From contig JAWOBF010000113.1 of the NCBI GenBank assembly GCA_046498225.1, positions 1-12,576 of the forward strand: DNA of 12,576 bases, given 5' to 3'. Of this stretch, positions 1 through 8,106 are shown piece by piece (position 1 is the first letter of the stretch; the number at the start of each line of letters is the position of its first letter). The notes below the pieces were generated by a model, which was given only the letters and a program-made list of their open reading frames with translations, was not told the DNA's origin and made no database searches. The translations under genes and the position numbers were made by a program. Origin of the DNA: Candidatus Aegiribacteria sp. (GTDB taxonomy: Bacteria; Fermentibacterota; Fermentibacteria; Fermentibacterales; JCC-6).

Positions 1-68
1 CTATTCACATAGCCCTATGTTTTTGCGGGAGGGAAGTCCAGGGTAGAAATCGGATTCAATCCTTTTTT

Positions 69-110
69 AACGTTGAACATTGAACGTTGAACTTTCATTG
101 TTGAACGTTG
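69..110. repeat. Degenerate heptamer tandem repeat, consensus AACGTTG, 6 units
   Basis: Units in register from 69: aacgttg, aacattg, aacgttg, aactttc, attgttg, aacgttg. Begins 3 bp beyond the stop codon (114-116, minus strand) of the J-domain gene. Confidence 0.85.
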
Positions 111-113
111 AGC

Positions 114-623
114 TTAAACAATCGCATCGACAAGAAACGCCACCAACACCAGCAGCACAACAACGCCAGCTATAAAATAGACATTTTTCAAAACCCGGGG
201 ATCTTCGGGCAGGTTTTGTCCAGCGGAGCCTCCTTTTGCCGGCCGGGCGTTTTCGGACCATTCCAGGTGCATTGCATGCTCGCGGCTTGCATCATACTGC
301 CGCCGCCTGACAGGATCAGCCAGAACCTCGTATGCCTCGTGTACGGCCAGGAACTTGTTCTTTTCCCCGCCTTCGGCATCAGGATGCGTCTGCCTGGCAA
401 GCCTGCGGTAAGCCTTGTGAACCTCCTCATCATCCGAATCGCTTTGAATCCCGAGCCTTCGGTAGTAATCGGACTGGACAGCCCGGCTTTTAGCGTGCGG
501 CGATCCCAGCCCCAGCACCCCTGCCACAGACACAAGCCGTTTTTTTATATTATCCGGACGGAAATTAAGACGCCGCGCCTCCTGCTCCAGTTCTCCTCTC
601 AGACGCAGCAGCTCTGCAGGCAA
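114..623 (-). CDS. J-domain (DnaJ-domain) protein with C-terminal transmembrane anchor; probably 5'-truncated
   Basis: Translation has DYYRRLGI...EEVHKAYRRLARQTHPD...KFLAVHEAYEVLADPVRRRQYD, a complete J-domain with HPD motif, and ends in hydrophobic VYFIAGVVVLLVLVAFLV-DAIV*. No G/F region or zinc finger, so not DnaJ itself. The TTG start has no SD and an in-frame TAA lies at 635-633. Confidence 0.88.
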   Translation of the reverse strand: MPAELLRLRGELEQEARRLNFRPDNIKKRLVSVAGVLGLGSPHAKSRAVQSDYYRRLGIQSDSDDEEVHKAYRRLARQTHPDAEGGEKNKFLAVHEAYEVLADPVRRRQYDASREHAMHLEWSENARPAKGGSAGQNLPEDPRVLKNVYFIAGVVVLLVLVAFLVDAIV

Positions 624-639
624 CAGGGCCGATTACGAG

Positions 640-942
640 ATGTCGCTGCAGATAACCAACGCGGTCAAGATAAGTCTTCAGGAGGCCATAGCGGCCCAGG
701 AAAGGCAGCAGACTCACATAAGAATACTTGACCCCCCCAGACATCCGGGCTGGAAGAGCAGGCCGAAGAGGAGCCTGATCTGGATAGAGATTTTTCTTGT
801 CGCCTTCGCGGGCATCTTCGCCTTCATCATGGCCAGGGAGAACATGCGGAGGGTGCAGCGTGAGAAGCCTGAACTCTGGGAACCCTGGCGAAAACTGCTC
901 TCGGACATCAGGAGCGAACTCACCTTCCGCAGGAAGAAGTAG
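640..942 (+). CDS. C-terminal fragment of a Wzz/Wzc (polysaccharide co-polymerase, GNVR-type) protein; 5' part missing
   Basis: Coiled-coil-like (RADYE)MSLQITNAVKISLQEAIAAQERQ, then the Pro-rich motif IRILDPPRHPGWKSRPKR directly before a TM helix SLIWIEIFLVAFAGIFAFIMA, as in the C-terminus of PCP/Wzz proteins. Protein-like sequence extends upstream only to ~625. No SD before ATG 640. Confidence 0.72.
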   Translation: MSLQITNAVKISLQEAIAAQERQQTHIRILDPPRHPGWKSRPKRSLIWIEIFLVAFAGIFAFIMARENMRRVQREKPELWEPWRKLLSDIRSELTFRRKK

Positions 943-956
943 TCTTCCGGCGGCTG

Positions 957-1871
957 TCAGTCCCCTCCGGCCTCCATATGCTCGCGGTACATATCGTATC
1001 GCAGGAGGGATGTATCCCCCCGTTCCACGGCTGATTTCACCGCGCATCCCGGTTCCGTGAGGTGAAGACAGTCCCTGAACCGGCATTCCCCGATATATTC
1101 CTCGAACTCGGGAAAACAGAGCTGCAGCTTCTCCCGGGGAATGTGTTCTATGGAGAACATTCTCAGGCCGGGAGTATCTATGATGGCGGTTTCCGGGTCC
1201 AGCGGGATCAGCCGCGCGGCGACGGTAGTATGCCTGCCCTTCGTGGTCTTTGGATTGACCGCTCCTATCCGCATATCCAGGGAAGGGATGAACCGCCTGG
1301 CCAGCGAGGTCTTCCCCGCACCGGACTGACCGGTCATCACGACCGTGCTTCCTCGAATATGCGCCAGAAGTTCATCGGTGCCAAAGCCGGTCTCGCAGCT
1401 TACCGGAAAAACACTGTAGCCGCTCCCCTTCTTCCCGTAGATCGAGGATATACTGTCCACCAGCCGCTCATCTTCCGCTGTACGGCTGAGGTCCAGCTTG
1501 TTCAGGACGACCACGGCGTCCAGCTGATGCCACTCGGCGGCCGCCAGGGCCCTGGTGAGGAAGCCGTGGCTGAAGTCCGGGCTCTTCAGTGAGCATATGA
1601 CCAGTACGGCGTCCACGTTTGCCGCTATCACCTGCGTGGTCCTGCCCAGGGGGGATGTGCGCTGAAGGATGCCCGACCGGGGAAGGATGCTCTCCACTAC
1701 CGGTCCGTCACCGGCATTCACGGCCAAACCCCGGTCGCCGGTCACCGGCGGGGTCTCGCGGTAGACCTTCCCCGTCACCCTGGCGGCGGTCTCCCGGCCC
1801 TCCCGGTCGATTATGGTCACACCCCGCCTGCCCACGGATGAGATGCGGCAGGGAAAGGGTTTTCCGCTCAG
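957..1871 (-). CDS. rsgA: Ribosome small subunit-dependent GTPase A (circularly permuted GTPase)
   Basis: IAANVD, G4 LNKLD, G1 GQSGAGKTS, G2 KGRHTT, G3 DTPG and the C-terminal Zn site CRFRDCLHLTEPGC in the permuted order typical of RsgA. ORF track starts at GTG 1835; I place the start at CTG 1871 (see findings), which is less certain than the identity. Confidence 0.96.
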   Translation of the reverse strand: MSGKPFPCRISSVGRRGVTIIDREGRETAARVTGKVYRETPPVTGDRGLAVNAGDGPVVESILPRSGILQRTSPLGRTTQVIAANVDAVLVICSLKSPDFSHGFLTRALAAAEWHQLDAVVVLNKLDLSRTAEDERLVDSISSIYGKKGSGYSVFPVSCETGFGTDELLAHIRGSTVVMTGQSGAGKTSLARRFIPSLDMRIGAVNPKTTKGRHTTVAARLIPLDPETAIIDTPGLRMFSIEHIPREKLQLCFPEFEEYIGECRFRDCLHLTEPGCAVKSAVERGDTSLLRYDMYREHMEAGGD

Positions 1872-2185
1872 AACAGCACCCCCTGGGAATCCGGCCGCAC
1901 GAACCTCACTATATGCTCTCCGGCCCTGCCCCAGCCAAGAACTTCCCTGACCATCCTCTCCAGGTACAGCGAGTCGTTCTGAAGCCTGGATATCTCGGCT
2001 TCAAGGGAGTCGATCTCGTTTCGGAGGCTGTCGATACGGCCGTCCATCCTCTCCACATCTCCCTTCAGCCCCGCCAGCGCCATGAAACCGTGTCTGTTGA
2101 AGATGAGTATGACCACCAAAAGCACGAATACGGAGACCAGTATGACGTAGAAGGTTCGCCTGCTCCCCGCGTCACGAATGCTCAT
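1868..2185 (-). CDS. ftsB: Septum formation initiator FtsB/DivIC family protein
   Basis: 105 aa: short basic N-terminus, one TM (FYVILVSVFVLLVVILIF), G motif (HGF), heptad coiled coil (IDSLRNEIDSLEAEISRL), then YLERMVREVLGWGRAGE, matching the family ExxARxxLG..GE pattern. Directly downstream of eno, a well-known gene order. Confidence 0.88.
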   Translation of the reverse strand: MSIRDAGSRRTFYVILVSVFVLLVVILIFNRHGFMALAGLKGDVERMDGRIDSLRNEIDSLEAEISRLQNDSLYLERMVREVLGWGRAGEHIVRFVRPDSQGVLF

Positions 2186-2186
2186 G

Positions 2187-3554
<1,368 letters not shown>

Positions 3555-5537
3555 CTATTCGTGGTTGATGGACAGCTGGAAGGTGGAGGCGGACAGGTAA
3601 TCGTCTATCATCTCCCCGGGGGACACAGTATCCAGGGAATCCAGGAAGATGCGGCCTATTCCGGGGTCGAACTGGATACCGAGGTTCTTTCTGATCTCCT
3701 CCCTGGCGTAATCCAGTTCAAGAGCTTTACGGTAGGGCCTGTCGGAGGTCATTGCCTCGAAGCTGTCGGCCACCGAGAGTACCCTGGCGTAGAGCGGTAT
3801 GTCCTGTCCCTCCAGTCCCGCCGGGTAGCCGGAACCGTCGTACCTCTCATGATGGTGCCTGACGGCGTCTATGAAGCTGTCGAAGGCGGTGATGGGCTTC
3901 AGGATGTTGTAGCCCACTTCAGGATGGCTGTATACCGTCCTGTACTCTTCAACGGTGAGCGATCCCGGCTTGTTCAGCACCAGCTCCGGGATCCCTATCT
4001 TCCCGATGTCATGCAGAAGGGCGGCGTTGTTCAGCAGGGATATCTCCCGTGAGGGGAGCTCCATCCTCGATCCCAGATTCGTGGCGAAAGCGGCCACGTT
4101 CCTGGAATGGTTGTGGGTATACCTGTCCTTGGCGTCCACCGTTTCCGCCAGTGCGGCTATTGTCTGTATGTAGTTGGATTCGTTGGTCTTGAACAGGTAT
4201 GCGTTGCTCAGGGCGGCGGCTGAATGCCGCAGGAGTATGGGAATATGGGAGGAGGGATCTATGATGGTGCCGCAGCCGCTCCAGTCGCCGAGAGCAATAA
4301 ACCCCATCAGTGAGCCGAAGTCTCCCAGGTCCAGCACCTCCACCACCGGCGGGGAATTCCAGTCCGGAGAGGTAAGGCAGGCGAAGGAATCCCTCACATC
4401 GGTCTCCAGCAGCAGGTCGGCGTCTCGCGAATCGCGTTTCCGCGACAGGGCGGAGCGAAATTCACCGTACAGAACATCCTCGGGAATATCCGACCTGACC
4501 AGCATGTAGCTGAAGGAGGCCATGTTCTTCCCGCTAAGGAAAACACCGAACAGGTCGAATTCCACAATTCGGCGGAGCCCCCTGCTGATGGACGCCAGGA
4601 CCCTTGTCATGTCCAGGGAGGAAGAAAACTCGCTGGAAAGAAGGTTCACGGTCTTCAGGGTCTCCGTCTGCAGCCTGAGGTTGGAGGCCATTCTGAAGTT
4701 GATGAGCTGGTTTCCGGCCTGGGCGGCGAACAGGCCCATAAGTTTCAGATCTCTGGAGGAGTACTCCACAGGAGAGCTGTTCCTGGCGACTATGCAGGCT
4801 CCCAGACTGCCTTCCGAGCTTGGTATGGGAACCGAGATCATAGACCTTAACCCTTTGCGGACGGTGCCGGGGGCGACCCCGTCAAGCACTCCCATCTCGG
4901 TTTCCATAGTCGCCAGCGCCATTTTTCGCCAGTCGTCCTCCGGAATGATCTCCAGACTTCCCGATCCGGTGGAGATGGAGAAATCCGGGCTTCCGGGTCC
5001 GGAGGTCAGGTATATCCGCGCCAGGTCCCCGCGGAACGTTTTCAACAGTATTTCCACAAGGTTGTCCAGATAGGCCTGAAGAGACCGTTCGGAAATATTG
5101 ACGTTTACCGTAAGGTCGTATAGATCCTTGAGCTCCGGGGAGGGAAGGGAAGAAAGCTGTCGGGACCTTATCTCCAGGGCTCTTTCCACCGTCTTTCTGA
5201 GCTCATTCATCCTGAAGGGCTTGGTCACGAAATCGAAAGCTCCCCGCTGAATGGCTTCCTTTGCCAGGTCGATGGAGCCGTGGCCGGTAATGAGTATCAC
5301 CAGGGTGTCCGGATATCTCTCCCTGACCGTGGAGGCCAGCTCGAGCCCGTTGATGTCCGGCATCATTACGTCGCTGAGGACAAGGCTGAAGGAGGTTTCC
5401 TCCATCCTGTCCAGGGCCTCCGCCCCGTTACAGGCCTCTTCTATAGTGTAGTTGGCAAGTTCGAGGAACTCTCTGCACAGGGTACGGACTTCCGGGTCGT
5501 CGTCCACTACGAGTATTCTCGGCCCTTCGGAGTTCAC
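3555..5537 (-). CDS. Response regulator with REC, GAF-like and HD-GYP domains; predicted cyclic di-GMP phosphodiesterase (660 aa)
   Basis: Intact REC (ILVVDDD, LVLSD, ILITG, FVTKP); central GAF-like segment (SMISVPI...LGACIVAR...YSSRDLKLMGLFAAQAG) and a second, more divergent one; C-terminal AKDRYTHNHS, LLHDIGK, HHHERYDGSGYP, VADSFEAMTSDRPYRK. Start re-assigned to GTG 5537, overlapping the upstream TGA (GTGA). The ORF-track extension to 5900 overlaps the upstream gene. Confidence 0.93.
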   Translation of the reverse strand: MNSEGPRILVVDDDPEVRTLCREFLELANYTIEEACNGAEALDRMEETSFSLVLSDVMMPDINGLELASTVRERYPDTLVILITGHGSIDLAKEAIQRGAFDFVTKPFRMNELRKTVERALEIRSRQLSSLPSPELKDLYDLTVNVNISERSLQAYLDNLVEILLKTFRGDLARIYLTSGPGSPDFSISTGSGSLEIIPEDDWRKMALATMETEMGVLDGVAPGTVRKGLRSMISVPIPSSEGSLGACIVARNSSPVEYSSRDLKLMGLFAAQAGNQLINFRMASNLRLQTETLKTVNLLSSEFSSSLDMTRVLASISRGLRRIVEFDLFGVFLSGKNMASFSYMLVRSDIPEDVLYGEFRSALSRKRDSRDADLLLETDVRDSFACLTSPDWNSPPVVEVLDLGDFGSLMGFIALGDWSGCGTIIDPSSHIPILLRHSAAALSNAYLFKTNESNYIQTIAALAETVDAKDRYTHNHSRNVAAFATNLGSRMELPSREISLLNNAALLHDIGKIGIPELVLNKPGSLTVEEYRTVYSHPEVGYNILKPITAFDSFIDAVRHHHERYDGSGYPAGLEGQDIPLYARVLSVADSFEAMTSDRPYRKALELDYAREEIRKNLGIQFDPGIGRIFLDSLDTVSPGEMIDDYLSASTFQLSINHE

Positions 5538-6910
5538 AGGTCCCTGCCGGTATCCCTGGGGATTCCCAGGCTGCCCATGCGCGCCAGCAGGGTGGTCCTC
5601 TTCAGGCCCAGAAGCCTGGACGCGTGGGTTCTGTTCCCCCCGCTCTGTTTCAGAGCGTTTACGATATAATGCTTCTCGATGTTGTCCAGAAGAGCGTTCA
5701 GCCTGATCCCCTCGCCCTCCCGGCTGGGCGCGGGCGGCTCCTCCACGTCCGGACGCATCTTGTCCGGAAGGTCCTCCGGCTGTATGACACCCTCCTCGCA
5801 CAGTACCCAGGCTCTCTCCATGGTGTTCTCCAGCTCCCGAACGTTGCCCGGCCAGTGGTGGGAGAGCAGAACGGAGGCGGCGCTGGAGCTGAGAACGCAC
5901 ATGGTCCTGTTCTCGTGGCCTGTGAGCCTTGAGAGGAAATATTCCGCCAGTGGAAGGATGTCGTCGGTCCGCTGCCGGAGGGGAGGAATGTGAACCTCTA
6001 TTACGTTGAGCCTGTAATACAGGTCCTCCCGGAATTCGTTCCTGCTCATGGCGTCCTCCAGGTTCATGTTGGTGGCGGCGATGAGCCGGACGTCGGTGGT
6101 GAGAACCTTTGAACTCCCAACCGGGGAGAATTCCCCGTCCTGAAGCACCCGGAGAAGCTTGACCTGCATCGCGGGACTCATGTTCCCGACTTCGTCCAGG
6201 AATAGAGTTCCTCCGTCGGCCACCTGAAATCGCCCGTGCGTGGTGGCGGTGGCGCCTGTGAAAGCGCCTTTTACGTGACCGAACAGTTCGCTTTCCAGCA
6301 ATCCTTCCGGAAGGGCGCCGGAGTTCACCGATATGAAGGGCTGGGTGGACCTGAGCGAGTTGGAATGCACCGCCCTCGCCACAAGCTCCTTTCCGGTGCC
6401 GCTCTCCCCGGTCACCAGAATGGTGCTGTCCGTCCTGGCCACCCTGTTCACCAGGTCCATAACCTGCTCCATGATCTTGCTCTGGTAGACTATCTTTCTG
6501 GTGGAGCGGTGACGCGTCCTTCCCATGGACGAATGCAGGGCCCTGTTAACCGCGGAGGTGACCGTACCGGCGGTGAACGGCTTGGGAATGTAATCCACCG
6601 CTCCCATGCGCAGCGCGGTCTTTGTGCTCTCTATAGTGGCGAAACCGGTTATCACTATCACCGGCATGAAGGGATATTTCTTGCCGGTTATCTCAAGTAT
6701 TTCGAGGCCTGAGATGTCCGGAAGCCGGACATCGGTTATCAGAAGGTCGTAACCGGTCTTTCTTCTGAGTTTCCTCAGGCCCTCCTCGCCGGTGGCGGCG
6801 CTGTCGCACCTGTACCCGGAGAGATTCAGGGTTTCGCTGAGGAGGTCGGTGATCTCCGGCTCGTCATCGATTACCAGTATCCTGCTTTTTCTGCTATTAT
6901 TGTCTTTCAT
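5534..6910 (-). CDS. Sigma54-dependent transcriptional activator, NtrC family (REC-AAA+-Fis HTH)
   Basis: Intact REC (ILVIDDE, LLITD, IVITG, YIPKP), Walker A GESGTGKE, ESELFGHVKGAFTGA, Walker [44 protein letters not shown]. Start placed at ATG 6910 (MKDNNSRK). Confidence 0.96.
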   Translation of the reverse strand: MKDNNSRKSRILVIDDEPEITDLLSETLNLSGYRCDSAATGEEGLRKLRRKTGYDLLITDVRLPDISGLEILEITGKKYPFMPVIVITGFATIESTKTALRMGAVDYIPKPFTAGTVTSAVNRALHSSMGRTRHRSTRKIVYQSKIMEQVMDLVNRVARTDSTILVTGESGTGKELVARAVHSNSLRSTQPFISVNSGALPEGLLESELFGHVKGAFTGATATTHGRFQVADGGTLFLDEVGNMSPAMQVKLLRVLQDGEFSPVGSSKVLTTDVRLIAATNMNLEDAMSRNEFREDLYYRLNVIEVHIPPLRQRTDDILPLAEYFLSRLTGHENRTMCVLSSSAASVLLSHHWPGNVRELENTMERAWVLCEEGVIQPEDLPDKMRPDVEEPPAPSREGEGIRLNALLDNIEKHYIVNALKQSGGNRTHASRLLGLKRTTLLARMGSLGIPRDTGRDL

Positions 6911-6919
6911 GGTACATGT

Positions 6920-6947
6920 ATGGTAACACAATTCTGGTGGATGTCAA
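6920..6947 (-). promoter_or_regulatory. Putative sigma70 promoter for the NtrC-type/HD-GYP operon
   Basis: Minus strand: perfect TTGACA (6947-6942), 16-bp spacer, extended -10 TG-t-TACCAT (hexamer 6925-6920), in an AT-rich patch between divergent genes. Confidence 0.65.
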
Positions 6948-6951
6948 TATT

Positions 6952-8019
6952 TTGACGAGCAAAGAGTCCGTCCGTTTCGTCCCGGGAATCCCGGGGACCC
7001 TGTTCGTACTGCTGCTGACGGTCCTCTCCTGCGGAGGGGAACCGGAGGAGGGAGAGATCGTCATTCGCCGGCGGGACATCGAGGGGGAAGGCCCGGCGGG
7101 CCGGGGTCCGGACACTCTTCTCTCGGTTATTGAACAGGACTCGACGGCCGTGGCCGTCGATACCATTCCAGTCGATACCGCGCCGGACATTCGGCCGGAC
7201 ACCCTTGAATGTCCCTGGACCAGGCTGGCACTTGAGATCAACGGTTCCATCTACGCCAGCCTGGCGGGAAGGATCGAGGGGCCGGACGTGCTGGGCGCCC
7301 ACATAGTGAGATGCATGTGGTGGGACACCGATCCCTGGGAGGGCATGTACGCCGGGGATTCTCTCTACGTCCTGGTAGGGGAGACCGGAAGGGAGAACAG
7401 GGTAGTGGCCCTGAGGTACCGCCCGAAAGAGGGAACTTCCCGCCGGCCGTTCTCCGTGTACAGTTTCAGGATGACAGGGGACAATTTCCCCTCACATTAC
7501 TACAGCGACGGCACCGAAACGGTGAAAATGCTCAGCTACATGCCGGTAACCACCTTCGAGGAGATGACCGGACCCTACGGCGAACCCAGGGGTGACCACT
7601 ACCATGCCGGTGTGGATTTCAAGGCGCCGGCCGGGACGCGGGTGAGGACATGCCGGGGCGGGGTCGTAACCCGTGTCAACTGGAATCACGACTACAACGG
7701 CAACTGCGTGGAGGTGAGCATAGGGGCCGGATACAAGGAGGTATTCCTTCATCTCGAGTCGATAGCGAGCGGTGTGGTAGAGGGCGTCGTGCTGGAGAGG
7801 GGAGACGTAATAGGCTTCGTGGGCAATACCGGCATCACCTCCACCGCTCCCCATGTTCACTACCAGATCAATGATGAGCGCGGCAACCCCATAGACCCAT
7901 ATCTGTTCTTCGGATCCCGCAGAAGGAACCTGCCCGCGGAAGACATGGAACGTTTTGAAGCGTTCAGGGACAGCTGCGACATGTGGCTGTCGCCGGCGCC
8001 GGGCATGAGTACTCGGTGA
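6952..8019 (+). CDS. M23-family zinc metallopeptidase (peptidoglycan endopeptidase-like), predicted lipoprotein
   Basis: HxxxD (YHAGVDF) and HxH (PHVHYQ) zinc motifs, NGNCVEV, FLHL, GDVIGFVGNTG, IDP. N-terminal hydrophobic LFVLLLT followed by lipobox-like VLSC. Start uncertain (ATG 6916, GTG 6937 or TTG 6952). TTG 6952 is preceded by GGTGGA and gives a 26-aa signal peptide. Confidence 0.9.
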   Translation: MTSKESVRFVPGIPGTLFVLLLTVLSCGGEPEEGEIVIRRRDIEGEGPAGRGPDTLLSVIEQDSTAVAVDTIPVDTAPDIRPDTLECPWTRLALEINGSIYASLAGRIEGPDVLGAHIVRCMWWDTDPWEGMYAGDSLYVLVGETGRENRVVALRYRPKEGTSRRPFSVYSFRMTGDNFPSHYYSDGTETVKMLSYMPVTTFEEMTGPYGEPRGDHYHAGVDFKAPAGTRVRTCRGGVVTRVNWNHDYNGNCVEVSIGAGYKEVFLHLESIASGVVEGVVLERGDVIGFVGNTGITSTAPHVHYQINDERGNPIDPYLFFGSRRRNLPAEDMERFEAFRDSCDMWLSPAPGMSTR

Positions 8020-8106
8020 CATTCGCGAAAATGTATATTATGAACATGTATGACAAAATGACGCATCGGTCAAGGACGGGGTTTCCCCCATTCATTCGGG
8101 AGTAAG

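Noticed and set aside
52..68. GGATT-C-AATCC followed by T6 as an intrinsic terminator
   Set aside because: Stem is only 4 bp once a 3-nt loop is allowed, and no upstream plus-strand gene is visible in the window.
69..110. Heptamer repeat as a CRISPR array or iteron set
   Set aside because: Units are 7 bp and contiguous with no spacers; no cas or rep gene nearby.
108..1086. ORFs 108-731 (+), 188-535 (-), 565-1086 (-) and other short ORFs here
   Set aside because: Antisense or off-frame shadows of the J-domain, Wzz-like and rsgA genes, with no motifs.
5538..5900. 121-aa N-terminal extension of the HD-GYP ORF in the ORF track
   Set aside because: Overlaps the 3' end of the NtrC-type gene in another frame, is low-complexity G/R/P-rich, and a coupled GTG start exists at 5537.
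6911..6931. Extension MCYHTCT of the NtrC-type ORF and ATG 6916 start of the M23 ORF
   Set aside because: Both fall within the predicted promoter region and, used together, would make the divergent genes overlap; neither has an SD.
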